DNA from: Candidatus Latescibacterota bacterium
Lineage (GTDB): Bacteria; Latescibacterota; UBA2968
Length of the DNA stretch: 64,000 bases
Direction of reading: 5' to 3'
NCBI GenBank assembly: GCA_965204745.1
Contig: OZ242010.1
Location: 1,056,001-1,120,000, forward strand
Positions within the stretch are counted from its first letter, which is position 1. Each line of letters begins with the position of its first letter. This document shows, one piece after another, positions 39,079 through 48,949 of the stretch. The notes under the pieces were generated by a model. It did not search any database, was not told where the DNA came from, and saw only the letters and a program-made list of their open reading frames with translations. A program made the position numbers and the translations under genes.

Positions 39079-40037
39079 GCTTGGGCATTGGCGTGGATTT
39101 GGGGGGCACCAACACGCGGGCCGGCCTCGTGACCGCATCGGGCGAAATTTTGTGCCGAGCGCGGTGCCCAACGCGCCTGCACTTGGGGGCCGAGGGCGTG
39201 ATCGATGGCATTGTGGAATGCGTGCGTGCGGTCGTCCGACAGGGTGGCGTTTCGCTTGCAGATGTGCGGGGCATCGGCGTTGGCGCGCCCGGGCCATTGG
39301 ACCCCTTTGAAGGCGTGCTCATCTCGCCCGAAAATTTGCAGTGCATGCACGGGGTTCGGCTGAAGGATCGCTTGGAGGCATTGCTCGGCTCGGGGGTGAT
39401 GGTCGATAACGATGCGAATTTGGCGGCTTATGGCGAGCAGTGGTTGGGCGCGGGACGCGGCGTGGATCACTTCTTGTGCGTGACCTTGGGCACGGGGGTC
39501 GGCGGGGGGTGGATCTGCAAGGGGCAACTGATGCACGGGTTTAATGGCAATGCCGCCGAGGTGGGGCATATCGCTGTGGATCACAAAGGGCCGCGCTGTC
39601 CGTGTGGGAATTTTGGCTGTTTGGAAATGTACGCCTCGGCCACGGCGATGGTGCGCCGCACGTTGGAATGCCTCAAACGCGACAAGCCGAAAACGCGCTT
39701 GCATGCCGAGCAGTTGACCGCGCAGATGATTTGCGATGCCGCAGAAGCCGCAGATGAATTTGCGATGCAGATGTTCGAGGAGACCGGGTTTTTCTTGGGC
39801 GTGGGATTGGTGAGTCTGGTGAATGTGCTAAATGTGAATCGCATCGCCCTCACCGGGGGATTGGCGCAGGCGGGCGATTGGATTTTTGAACCGGCAAAGC
39901 GAACTTTTTGGGAACGCGGCACCCTAGGCGTCGTGGAATATGTGGAGATCGTTCCCGCTGAATTGGGCGATGACGCGGGCATTTTGGGCGCGGCCAGATA
40001 TGGCTTTGAGCCAATTTCAGGCGGGCTGATCAAATGA
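39075..40037 (+). CDS. ROK family kinase (glucokinase-like)
   Basis: GVDLGGT, DNDAN, TLGTGVGGG, EVGH, CPCGNFGCLE. Confidence 0.92.
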   Translation: MSLGIGVDLGGTNTRAGLVTASGEILCRARCPTRLHLGAEGVIDGIVECVRAVVRQGGVSLADVRGIGVGAPGPLDPFEGVLISPENLQCMHGVRLKDRLEALLGSGVMVDNDANLAAYGEQWLGAGRGVDHFLCVTLGTGVGGGWICKGQLMHGFNGNAAEVGHIAVDHKGPRCPCGNFGCLEMYASATAMVRRTLECLKRDKPKTRLHAEQLTAQMICDAAEAADEFAMQMFEETGFFLGVGLVSLVNVLNVNRIALTGGLAQAGDWIFEPAKRTFWERGTLGVVEYVEIVPAELGDDAGILGAARYGFEPISGGLIK

Positions 40038-40471
40038 AAAAACGCCGCGATCTAGCACTCGTTTTCGCGTTGTTCTTCGCCTGTTTGCAACCGTCATCAG
40101 GCGCGGAATCGCCGCCCGATACCCTGACCGCCAAACCGCAGGCGGGAAAGGGTCGCGTGCGCGGCGCGGTGTTGCGATCTGTGGTGTTGCCGGGTTGGGG
40201 GCAATTTTACAATGGCAAGCGCGTCAAGGGCGGTGTGATTGCGACCACTGAGGTGGCTTCGGCTGTTGCCTGGGTGGTGCGGCGCAAGCAAATAAAAGAT
40301 CGGGGCATTCAGGCGCGGAACATCTATCTTTTTTCCACGATTGGGATCGTGCTTTACAGCATAGCAGATGCTTATGTCGATGCCCATCTCAGCCGGGTCA
40401 ACTGGGCAGAGATCGAGGCGGGTGTCGATGAAAATGGCGCGGCGAAATTGCGCCTGAAGGTCGCGTTTTGA
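40034..40471 (+). CDS. DUF5683-like membrane protein
   Basis: SVVLPGWGQFYN...DAYVDAHL. Confidence 0.72.
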   Translation: MKKRRDLALVFALFFACLQPSSGAESPPDTLTAKPQAGKGRVRGAVLRSVVLPGWGQFYNGKRVKGGVIATTEVASAVAWVVRRKQIKDRGIQARNIYLFSTIGIVLYSIADAYVDAHLSRVNWAEIEAGVDENGAAKLRLKVAF

Positions 40472-40485
40472 TGGCAGGGATAATT

Positions 40486-41523
40486 TTATCCATCCCCCCA
40501 AGTGCCGACCGCGCTCGACGCGACCCGCAACGCTGGCTGGGCCTCCAAGATCACATCCGCCACATTCTTCACGGCTTGTTTCACACCCCACGTCGGGCGC
40601 GGTTGCCCAATAGCGGACAACTTGATCAAAATCTGATCGCGCTTGTAAAACAAAACCGAAATGCCAAAATACTGCGCGAGTTCTCCTTCGCGCACCATCA
40701 TAGAGATCAAGCCGTGCCCGTCATCGCACTGGCGGAACATTTCTATCGCCTTGATCACCACCCCCATATCCCGTTGCGATTCGCGCCACACCCGCCCTGT
40801 GATTCGCGCTGCGACCGACAAGACATCTTCGCGGTCGTATTCGCCTTCCAAAATGACATTCGGCATATCCCCTACCTTCTGAACCTGTGTTTTTACGGAC
40901 AGTGCTACATCCCGCCGCCACGCAAAATAGTGAATGGGCAGTCCCGCGTCTATGGCCCTTTGCTCGTACTTGGTGGGGATGCGCCCGGGCAATTCGTGGA
41001 CAGACGCGGTCTCATAAACGGATCGCAAGCGCGATTGCCGCGCCAGCACTTTTGCGATCCACCCTGCATAATCGGCGTGATCGGTTGCGATAGTCACCAT
41101 GCCGCCCGGCTGCAATCGCTCGGCCACGGTCGCCACAAACGCATCTTGAATCAGGCGCCGGTTGTGGTGGCGTTCTTTGGGCCAGGGATCGGAAAAATTG
41201 ATCCACACCTCGGCCAGGGATTGCGGCGCGAACACATGTTGCAACAAAAATGCCGCGTCGCCCTCGATGGCGCGCACATGCGTCAACCCTCGCGCATCGA
41301 GGCGGTTGAACAACCGGCGGACGGACCCCCACGCGCGCTCGATGCCGACAAAGCACACGTCTGAACGCGCCATTGCCAGATCCGCCAAAAAACGCCCATT
41401 GCCAAACCCGATTTCCACAATGAGATCGCTCTCCCGGCCAAAAACCCGCGCCCAATCTATGGGCCAATCCCATTGCAACCACGGCACCATGTATTTTTGA
41501 ATCGATTCGCTCAAGAGGGCCAT
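40486..41523 (-). CDS. trmB: tRNA (guanine-N7)-methyltransferase with C-terminal extension
   Basis: EIGFGNG, FSDPWPKERHHNRRL, ATD, TKYE. Confidence 0.9.
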   Translation of the reverse strand: MALLSESIQKYMVPWLQWDWPIDWARVFGRESDLIVEIGFGNGRFLADLAMARSDVCFVGIERAWGSVRRLFNRLDARGLTHVRAIEGDAAFLLQHVFAPQSLAEVWINFSDPWPKERHHNRRLIQDAFVATVAERLQPGGMVTIATDHADYAGWIAKVLARQSRLRSVYETASVHELPGRIPTKYEQRAIDAGLPIHYFAWRRDVALSVKTQVQKVGDMPNVILEGEYDREDVLSVAARITGRVWRESQRDMGVVIKAIEMFRQCDDGHGLISMMVREGELAQYFGISVLFYKRDQILIKLSAIGQPRPTWGVKQAVKNVADVILEAQPALRVASSAVGTWGDG

Positions 41524-41532
41524 GCGTCAACC

Positions 41533-42363
41533 TCACCTGCGAATTTTTGTAAAGCGTTTGATCTGCGCGGTAATGCCCACTTCGGTGGGCAGGCGTTCCA
41601 TTGAACTCGCGCCGTAAAACCCATCCACTTCGGCAACGCGCTGCAAAATGTACGCGGCGTCTTCCGGTTCGGCGATAGGCCCGCCGTGGCAAAGCGTGAT
41701 GACGTCGCGCCGCATCTCCTTGCAGGCATTGCAGATCGCCTTCACCTCTTCCACGCAGTCGTCGAGCGTTTTTGCGGTTTTCGCCCCGATGGTGCCCTTG
41801 GTGGTCAACCCCATGTGCGCCACCACGATATCTGCCCCGGCCTGCGTCATCAACCGTCCCTCTTCGACATTAAACGCATAAGGCGTCGTCAACATGTCCA
41901 GCTCGTGTGCGGCGGCGATCATTTCCACCTCGAGATCATAGCCCATGCCGGTCTCTTCCAAATTCGCCCGAAACAAGCCGTCGATCAGGCCCACAGTGGG
42001 GAAATTCTGAACGCCAGCAAAGCCCAAGTCCCGCAAGTCCCGCAAGAAATGATCGCGCAACATAAAGGGGTCCGTCCCATTCACCCCGGCCAACACGGGG
42101 GTATGCCTCACGGCGGTGATGACTTCACGCGCCATTTCTTTGACGATCTCGTTGGCATTGCCATACGCCAACACGCCGGACAATGACCCGCGCCCGGCCA
42201 TGCGGTACCGCCCGGAATTGTAGATCACGATCAGGTCGATGCCGCCCGCTTCTTCGCACTTTGCCGAAATCCCCGTGCCCGCACCCCCGCCGATAATCGG
42301 CACGCCCGCCGCGATTTTTTTTTGCAACCGCGCCAAAATAGATGCCCTGCTCTCCGCTGCCAT
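41533..42363 (-). CDS. PEP hydrolase-like TIM-barrel protein
   Basis: [35 protein letters not shown]. Confidence 0.9.
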   Translation of the reverse strand: MAAESRASILARLQKKIAAGVPIIGGGAGTGISAKCEEAGGIDLIVIYNSGRYRMAGRGSLSGVLAYGNANEIVKEMAREVITAVRHTPVLAGVNGTDPFMLRDHFLRDLRDLGFAGVQNFPTVGLIDGLFRANLEETGMGYDLEVEMIAAAHELDMLTTPYAFNVEEGRLMTQAGADIVVAHMGLTTKGTIGAKTAKTLDDCVEEVKAICNACKEMRRDVITLCHGGPIAEPEDAAYILQRVAEVDGFYGASSMERLPTEVGITAQIKRFTKIRR

Positions 42364-42366
42364 AAC

Positions 42367-43575
42367 TCACCCCCGTATCTCTTGAAAACTCGCCACCAGC
42401 GCGGCTGCGAACTCGGGATCGTTGATGTTATTCGCCAGCCGCTCGATCTGCCGGTCTGCTGTCTGTTCAATCCGCGCTTCCAGGGTTTCAATCAAGACCC
42501 TGTCCGCATCTGGATCGTAAAAGGGTTGGCCCTCCGCGTCGATGAGGGACACGCCGCGTTCTGGAATTAAAATGCGGATGGGCCGCGTGGATCGGTTCAA
42601 CTTGTTCGCAATCCACTCGGCGAACCGGCGGTTTTCGTCCGCTGTGGTTCGCATCAATGTCACCTGTGCATTGTGAACGTGGAGGTTGCGCCCTGCAAAT
42701 TGCGCGGGCACGGTTTCCCTCGCGCCGAAGTTCACCATGTCCAGCGCGCCCAGGCTGATGACGTAGGGGATTTCCCGGGCGAGGATGCGGTCCATCCGAT
42801 CTGCCCCGGCCGGAAACACCCCGCCCACGATCTCGTCGGCCACTTCTGTGGTGGTGATGTCCAGAACCCCGTCGATCATCCCGCTTTCGACCAGCTTTTC
42901 CATGGCTTGCCCACCCGTGCCAGTCGCGTGAAAAATTAGACAGTCGTACCCGTCCCGCTCCAGTGTTTCCCGCACCATGGTCACGCAAGGCGTTGTCACC
43001 CCGAACATGGTCATGCCGAGCGTGGGTTTGTCCGTTGCTTTTGCAACTGTGTGCCCGACCATGCCCACAATCGCATGCGCGGCATTGCCCAAGACCTGCC
43101 GGGACACGCGGTTGATGCCTGCCACATCCACCACCGAGTACAGCATCGCAATGTCGCAACACCCCACATAAGGCGCGGTATTGCCGCTGGCAACTGTGGA
43201 GACCATCACTTTGGGCACGCCAATGGGCAATGCCTGCATCGCCGGCGTGATGAGCGCGGTGCCCCCGCTACCGCCGATCCCAATGACCCCGGCCACCTCG
43301 CCCTCGGCGTATTCCATCGACAAATAGGCGCGCAGGGCTTCGCCCATCGCGGTCACGGCCTCGCCCCTATCCGCATGCCCTATCGCGGCACGCGCCCCGT
43401 CTTTGTGACACATCGCCACGGTTTCCCGCGGCACATCGGGCGATCCCTGTGCGTCGCGCTGCGTGCCTACATCCACCACTGTCACCGTTGCGCCCGCTTC
43501 CCGAATACACGCCGCAACATACCCGATCTCCTCGCCCTTTGTATCCATCGTTGCAATCGCATAAATGTTGCCCAT
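42367..43575 (-). CDS. UPF0261/Tm-1-like ATP-binding protein
   Basis: DTKGEE, GGSGGT, MFGVTTPC, FHATGTGG; usual partner of the PEP hydrolase-like gene. Confidence 0.9.
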   Translation of the reverse strand: MGNIYAIATMDTKGEEIGYVAACIREAGATVTVVDVGTQRDAQGSPDVPRETVAMCHKDGARAAIGHADRGEAVTAMGEALRAYLSMEYAEGEVAGVIGIGGSGGTALITPAMQALPIGVPKVMVSTVASGNTAPYVGCCDIAMLYSVVDVAGINRVSRQVLGNAAHAIVGMVGHTVAKATDKPTLGMTMFGVTTPCVTMVRETLERDGYDCLIFHATGTGGQAMEKLVESGMIDGVLDITTTEVADEIVGGVFPAGADRMDRILAREIPYVISLGALDMVNFGARETVPAQFAGRNLHVHNAQVTLMRTTADENRRFAEWIANKLNRSTRPIRILIPERGVSLIDAEGQPFYDPDADRVLIETLEARIEQTADRQIERLANNINDPEFAAALVASFQEIRG

Positions 43576-43682
43576 TCGATTCTCCTTGCCTAAATCCCCC
43601 GCATTGTATTTCGCAGGGTGTCATACCCGTCAGCAATTCCAAAATACGATTTCGAGAAAGCGTTTGCAATATAGAAATATAT

Positions 43683-43975
43683 GTCTGAATCGCGGATTGC
43701 GCGGCTTAAGGGATTACGCGGATTGGCAACTAGGTCGTGTTGACATTTTATTTTTTTTATTACGCACAGATTAGCAAAGCGCGAGGGGACCTATCCCCCG
43801 GCCCCTTTCCTACGAGGAAAGGGGAGTAAAGCTCCTTTGATGGCTTTGGGCGAATGGATCACGCCATAGAACCCAAAAAACCTCTCGAGCAATCCCTCGG
43901 AAGACCCATCACCGTTCCCCCTTCCTCTTAGGAAGGGGGTTAGGGGGTAGGTCCCCCTCGCAAAACCGCTCAAGC
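43683..43975 (-). repeat. AATCCG unit plus MITE/REPIN-like element copy
   Basis: Reverse-complement similarity to the 14394 and 29008 elements. Confidence 0.7.
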
Positions 43976-44235
43976 CAGTTGCTTTGCTCGTAAATGTCAA
44001 CAGAACCTAGCAAATGCGTTGCTTGCTCATTTAAGGCGTTTGGTCCTACAGCCTCGTTGGTTGCCTCCGATGCCTATCGGAGGGGGTTCTGCGAGGGCAC
44101 TTGTTGGGATGCCTTCTTTGAGCAGTTGCTTCGCTCGGCGGTGCAAGTGGCGGATATCGAGGCATTTCAGCGCGTGTTGGATGCGGAGGCGTGACGCGAT
44201 TTCCCGCTGACCGCCAACCGCTGACGACGAAACAC

Positions 44236-44271
44236 AAAAGCCCGAGTTCCTCGCGAACCCGGGCTTATTTT
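44236..44271. terminator. Intrinsic terminator of the same family as 10381/28961
   Basis: AAAAGCCCGAGTTC-loop-GAACCCGGGCTTATTTT. Confidence 0.65.
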
Positions 44272-44304
44272 GTTGCGTATTCTATCGCGCTTATTTTTCC
44301 GCTT

Positions 44305-44532
44305 TTACGATCCGATGCCGCGCAAAATCAGGCCAGCCAAAACAATAAACATCGTGACCTGGATGCCGATCACCCAGCGCAATGTAGCCCGCAGGTCTTG
44401 AATGTCTGAACGCATGTCTGCGCGCAGGTCGTCAATGCGCTTGTTCACATCATCCATGCGCTTGTTCATTTGCACCATTTCACCGCGTAACTCTGCAAGT
44501 CCAATGCGCTCGTCCAAATTTTGAGTTGCCAT
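44305..44532 (-). CDS. Small coiled-coil protein with C-terminal TM anchor (DUF1640-like)
   Basis: GGAGGA RBS; RMDDVNKRIDDLRADMR then LRWVIGIQVTMFIVLAGLIL. Confidence 0.72.
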   Translation of the reverse strand: MATQNLDERIGLAELRGEMVQMNKRMDDVNKRIDDLRADMRSDIQDLRATLRWVIGIQVTMFIVLAGLILRGIGS

Positions 44533-44566
44533 AAGTCCTCCAAATTCGACATTTGATCCCATCTCC

Positions 44567-45202
44567 TCAATGCACCAATTGGAGACCCCAATCAGCACAC
44601 CGCTCTTCAACCTGATTGAGCGGAGCCATCGTGACGATCACGCCATCCACAACTTTCTCCGGATGCAAGGTTCGCATCAACGCCACTTTATCGGCAAAGC
44701 GATCCACGTCCTCCAACTCGCACACGGACTTGACCTCAAACACCAACAAGGCGCTGTTATGCACCAAAATATCGACCTCGTAACGACGACCCGCAGGGCC
44801 GATCATGCCCTCGGCATCTTCAAGGGGCTGACGCAAGCGCACATGCTCCGAGAAAACATCGTCCCGTCCGAGTACCAGCCGCATCGTGCCGGCGACCACA
44901 TCTTCCAATTTTCTGCCGGATCGCGTTTGGAAGCGTCCCACAATCATTTCGACCCAATCTCGCAGATCGGAGAATTGTTGCCCCATCCGATCAAGCCTGT
45001 CATTGACTTCGATGCGAAACTCGTCAAATTCATCGCGCAATTCGCGCAATTCGGACAGCACTGCCGCCACTTCCTTCTTCGTGGCAAACGTCCGCATAAA
45101 CGTCGAATAGACGCGCATCTCAAATTCGGGATGCCGTTTGAGCAATGCCGGTAGTTGCGTCTCCAGCGTGTCCATCAATTCCTCATCGGTCAACAGAGCC
45201 AT
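44567..45202 (-). CDS. Coiled-coil plus PD-(D/E)XK nuclease-like domain protein
   Basis: FATKKE neck, coiled coil, YEVDIL...FEVKS; AAGGAGG RBS. Confidence 0.72.
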   Translation of the reverse strand: MALLTDEELMDTLETQLPALLKRHPEFEMRVYSTFMRTFATKKEVAAVLSELRELRDEFDEFRIEVNDRLDRMGQQFSDLRDWVEMIVGRFQTRSGRKLEDVVAGTMRLVLGRDDVFSEHVRLRQPLEDAEGMIGPAGRRYEVDILVHNSALLVFEVKSVCELEDVDRFADKVALMRTLHPEKVVDGVIVTMAPLNQVEERCADWGLQLVH

Positions 45203-45345
45203 TGTGCCCTCCTTCAAAAAGTTTTTCATAACGCACTTCTCCATCCCATCCACCCGCGACAAATATAGCCACCTTTTGCCCGATCTGCAACCCCAAAGCG
45301 TTTCATGTCGGCATCTAAAGAGATCGAGCTACGCCATTTACGATA

Positions 45346-45374
45346 TTGACATAATCCCTTTTATGCTCTACACT
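45346..45374 (+). promoter_or_regulatory. Sigma70-type promoter
   Basis: TTGACA-N17-TACACT. Confidence 0.65.
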
Positions 45375-45421
45375 TAATAGGAAACAACTTGTCGTTTCAC
45401 CTTTTTCAAGAGAGGGCGCAA

Positions 45422-46201
45422 ATGTTGAAACGTTTTTTTCGTAAAAATGCCAATGATTCGGACAATGGCGCGAGCAAGGAGCGGCAAATTTACATCGAGG
45501 GGCAAGACGATCACATTCGGGAAGCCATGGACCTCCTCGCGCAGGAAGACCAAGGCGAGTTGGACGAAACCCTGGTCGAAGTGACGGAAACCGTGCGCGA
45601 AGCCGCCCGAGCCTCCCTGCGCGACATCAAGCTCATGGAAGAAGGCCATTGTCCCTCCTGTGGGCACAAAACCCTGCGGCGATTTCTCTTTACGACCGTG
45701 TGTTCTAGTTGCGGGTGGTTTTCATTTATTTCGCCCGAAGAGGGCGAGTCGCGCATTCACTTGAAAAGCGGGCGCACCATCGAATGCGGCACCACGTTTG
45801 AAACCACGGGCGGCTTTGTCCTCGGCATCACAGATGGCGTCGTGCGCGCCAAAGTGCAAAAAGAAAATGTCGAATACGTGGAGTTTATATGGACGACCGA
45901 GGAAATCGAGCGCAAACGCGAATCGCGCGTGCGAGAAGAAGTGGGGATTTGCAGTTGGTGCGAAAAAAAGCTCGCGGATTCATCCGAGGAAAACATCATC
46001 GTGTACGCGGCCTTTGGCACCATGCAAGAGCGCTTTGTTTTTTGTTCCCAAAAATGCAACGAAGCGTTTCAAAAACAATACCCGGTTCGCATTCACAAGA
46101 ATTGCTACGAACGCTCGTGCTTGGATTGCGATTTGTGCAACAAACGCTACTTGGGCGAGGACGAGACATTCCTCAAATTGCTGGAGCAGGGGAAGGTGTG
46201 A
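45422..46201 (+). CDS. Hypothetical Cys-rich multi-zinc-finger protein
   Basis: CPSC/CSSC, CSWC/FCSQKC and HKNCYERSCLDCDLC clusters. Confidence 0.75.
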   Translation: MLKRFFRKNANDSDNGASKERQIYIEGQDDHIREAMDLLAQEDQGELDETLVEVTETVREAARASLRDIKLMEEGHCPSCGHKTLRRFLFTTVCSSCGWFSFISPEEGESRIHLKSGRTIECGTTFETTGGFVLGITDGVVRAKVQKENVEYVEFIWTTEEIERKRESRVREEVGICSWCEKKLADSSEENIIVYAAFGTMQERFVFCSQKCNEAFQKQYPVRIHKNCYERSCLDCDLCNKRYLGEDETFLKLLEQGKV

Positions 46202-46223
46202 GAGGGGAGAGGAGCGTTTAGCC

Positions 46224-46344
46224 ACGAGCGGGGTACAACTGGCGACAGTCAGTTCAAAGGCACAAAAGGCACGAGCGGGGTACATGGCGACAGCTAGTTC
46301 AAAGGCACGCACGGGGTACAACTGGCAATAGCCAGCTCAAAGGC
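46224..46344 (+). repeat. Three tandem units of the GGGGTACAACTGGCGACAGCCAGTTCAAAGGC repeat family
   Basis: Other copies at ~51402-51460 (+), ~58815-58892 (-) and ~62444-62509 (-). Confidence 0.8.
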
Positions 46345-46380
46345 GAGCCGTGTGTAGGGATACAAGAGGGCAAACAGCAG

Positions 46381-46409
46381 AAGGCGCGGAATTTATCCGC
46401 GCCTTTTTT
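46381..46409. terminator. Intrinsic terminator
   Basis: AAGGCGCGGA-ATTTA-TCCGCGCCTTTTTT. Confidence 0.8.
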
Positions 46410-46540
46410 TGTTCAACCAGCGGTTGGCGGTCAGCCGATTCTGTCGGGCATGCGACTGAATATTCGCGCCCGTGAACTGCTATCGCAGGTGTATCCCGAC
46501 CATGCCCTTTGTGGATCACATCTTGTAGCTTCAAGGAGCA

Positions 46541-47167
46541 TTAAAGTTCTAGCGCATCCAAGATATACCGGGCGACGGATTCGGCGAGGATGGCAGAGCC
46601 TCGTTTGCTGAAATGCACATTCGCGGGGAGTTGAATCTCGTCGAGGCGTTTTAGCGCGTGCGCGTAGAGGTCGTTTGTGGGAATGCCGTGTGCGCGCATG
46701 ACTTTTTGGGCGATGGCATTGTATTCGACTTCGTCGCCGAGCTTGCGAAAAGACGCGCCTTCGGGAACCGGGGTGGTGGCGCACCATAAGAGTTTGGCAT
46801 CGGTTTGTTTGAGGCGTTGGACGAGGGTGTTGAGATTTTGTTCGTATTGATCAGCGGGCACTTGGTGTTGCCCCTGCGGGGGATTGACGCGCTCGCCATC
46901 TGCTGTCATATACGCGATGTCGTGCAATCCCCAGTTGAAGTGAATGACGTCCCAAGGGCCATTCCCGAGCCAGTTTTCGATTTCTGCGACGCCGCGTGTC
47001 GTCGGGCCGCAGTTGGTGTGCGGGCGATGGAGATTGACTTTGCCTCGAAGCAATTCGCGCACGGCCGGGGTATAACCGATGGAGATGGAATCGCCGATGA
47101 TCAAGGCACGAGGCAAGCCGGGTTCGTCTGCGACGGGGTCAAATGCGGGATTGCGATTGGCGGGCAT
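46541..47167 (-). CDS. SGNH/GDSL hydrolase
   Basis: IGDSIS, FNWGLHD, NVHF; AAGGAG RBS. Confidence 0.88.
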   Translation of the reverse strand: MPANRNPAFDPVADEPGLPRALIIGDSISIGYTPAVRELLRGKVNLHRPHTNCGPTTRGVAEIENWLGNGPWDVIHFNWGLHDIAYMTADGERVNPPQGQHQVPADQYEQNLNTLVQRLKQTDAKLLWCATTPVPEGASFRKLGDEVEYNAIAQKVMRAHGIPTNDLYAHALKRLDEIQLPANVHFSKRGSAILAESVARYILDALEL

Positions 47168-47205
47168 GGGCGTCTCCTTTGGTGAATGGGTTGGAAATGG
47201 CGCTC

Positions 47206-47586
47206 TCAAGCGACCTGTTGCTTCTGGGGTTGTTTTACTGTTTTGCCAAAATGTTCGGCGAAAAAACGCACGCATTCGGGCGCGAGATCGATGGCGTGTT
47301 CGTCATACGCACCGGTTTCGGGATTGGGCCAAATCAAGGCGTAGTCGCCGATCACCTGACGAAATCGCGCCTTATCGCACAACAACGCAAAAACGCCCCC
47401 CGGATTTTCTTCGACAAAGAGCGGATAAAAATCCAGATCGTAAATGGACACGTCGAGGTCTTCTTCAAACCAAAGGCGCAGGACGTAATCGGTCAGATAT
47501 TCCGCTTTGAGCAACCCCTTTTCACGGTGATTTGCCCAGCGCGTTTCATCGTCCGCTACGGTTTGCCATGCTTTCCATTTCATCAC
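47206..47586 (-). CDS. DUF2442-like protein
   Basis: DYVLRLWFE...GGVFALL.D...F.QV....ALIWPN...DLAPE. Confidence 0.72.
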   Translation of the reverse strand: MMKWKAWQTVADDETRWANHREKGLLKAEYLTDYVLRLWFEEDLDVSIYDLDFYPLFVEENPGGVFALLCDKARFRQVIGDYALIWPNPETGAYDEHAIDLAPECVRFFAEHFGKTVKQPQKQQVA

Positions 47587-47587
47587 A

Positions 47588-47641
47588 TTATCCCACGATA
47601 GAAATTGGTTGTCCTCGTCGAGCGTTGTTCCACTGTTGATG
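47588..47641 (-). pseudogene. Possible C-terminal remnant of a DUF4160-like gene
   Basis: HQQWNNARRGQPISIVG* directly upstream of DUF2442; the 5' part is replaced by repeat DNA. Confidence 0.4.
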
Positions 47642-47935
47642 CGAACTCGGTCACGTCTTATTGGGACCTACCCCCCTGGCCCCCCTTCCTGTGAGGAAGG
47701 GGGGAAGAACCTCTCTCCGTTACGGGAAGGAGCCGGAGGAGGGGCATCCATTGTTTGTTTTAAGACAAGTGCTAAGGGGCGATCCGATAAGGGATGAGTC
47801 GTTCATGTCTTTGGGCGATTGACCGCGGCTTGCTTCCCACTCGCTTTTTACTCTTAATTCGCATTAGTGAGAATGACCAAAGTTCCTTGGTTGAAAGGGT
47901 GGGAGACGGGTGGCATTGCGCTTGAGGTGTTCTGT

Positions 47936-48934
47936 TTAAGACAGGGCTATCGGCTGTTGGGTTCGCATGGATTCGTAGATCGCGTCCATCGTTTTCATGT
48001 TGCCGATGCTGTTTTCGGGTGGGATGCGATGGGGGTGGCCCGCGTCCAAGCAATCGCACAGGTGGTGGAGTTGGTTGACGAACTGATTCACGGGTTCAAA
48101 TTCATAGACCTCGACACCATCTCGCGTGTGAACCTCGAGGGTCGTGGGGTGGTTTTCATTGTTCCACGCGCGTTCGGTTCGCAACATGCCATCGCTGCCC
48201 GAGATTTCAAAATACTGCGACGAGGCCATTTTGAAGCTAAAGGTGAGTTGCGCGGTGACGCGATTGGGAAATTCGTACAGCGCAGCAACTGTCTCATCCA
48301 CCTCTTCGCCAAATTCGCCAGTGGCATAGACCCGGATGGGATCGGCATTGGCGATAAACCGGGCGTGATGCGTGTTGTAGCAGCCCAAATCATAGACCGC
48401 GCCGCCGCCCTTTGCCTTGTTGAAACGCCAGTTGAGCGCGGGTTTTCGGCGGTCTTTGGGAACGCCCGTGCAAAAGGTGCTGCGAATATTGCCCAGGGTT
48501 CCGATGCGCCCGGAATCCAAAATTTCTTTGGCTTTGAGATGCAGGGGATGATGGCGAAATTTGAAGGCTTCGGCGAGGAGGATGCCGTTGGCATTGGCAC
48601 ACGCGACCATGGCTTCGCACTCGGTTGCGGTTTGGGCGATGGGCTTTTCGCAGAGGACCGCGCGAACCCGTTGCGACTGTGCGATTTGGTTGCTCAGGTC
48701 CGCGTGAAAGCAACCCCAAGTGCAAATAATGGCGATGTCGAGGTCTTCGTTATCGAGCATCTGGTCGAGGTCCGCATAACCCTTTCGCACGTCAAACGCG
48801 CCGCGATACCGCGCAACCGCTTCGGGCAACACATCGCAGACCGCGACGATTTCCGTGCGATGGGACCGCGCAACGGCCCGCCCATGGGCGCGCGAAATCC
48901 CCCCCGCGCCGACAATGCCAATGCGATAAGCCAT
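47936..48934 (-). CDS. Gfo/Idh/MocA oxidoreductase
   Basis: GIVGAGGI, CEKP, GGGAVYDLGCY. Confidence 0.92.
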   Translation of the reverse strand: MAYRIGIVGAGGISRAHGRAVARSHRTEIVAVCDVLPEAVARYRGAFDVRKGYADLDQMLDNEDLDIAIICTWGCFHADLSNQIAQSQRVRAVLCEKPIAQTATECEAMVACANANGILLAEAFKFRHHPLHLKAKEILDSGRIGTLGNIRSTFCTGVPKDRRKPALNWRFNKAKGGGAVYDLGCYNTHHARFIANADPIRVYATGEFGEEVDETVAALYEFPNRVTAQLTFSFKMASSQYFEISGSDGMLRTERAWNNENHPTTLEVHTRDGVEVYEFEPVNQFVNQLHHLCDCLDAGHPHRIPPENSIGNMKTMDAIYESMRTQQPIALS

Positions 48935-48949
48935 GTCAAAACTCCCGAA

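Noticed and set aside
46224-46344. CRISPR-like palindromic repeats
   Set aside because: Units are adjacent with no unique spacers and are dispersed elsewhere in the window
46411-46540. Possible sRNA between convergent genes
   Set aside because: Only short alternative pairings (GGGCATG/CATGCCC); no promoter or family signature
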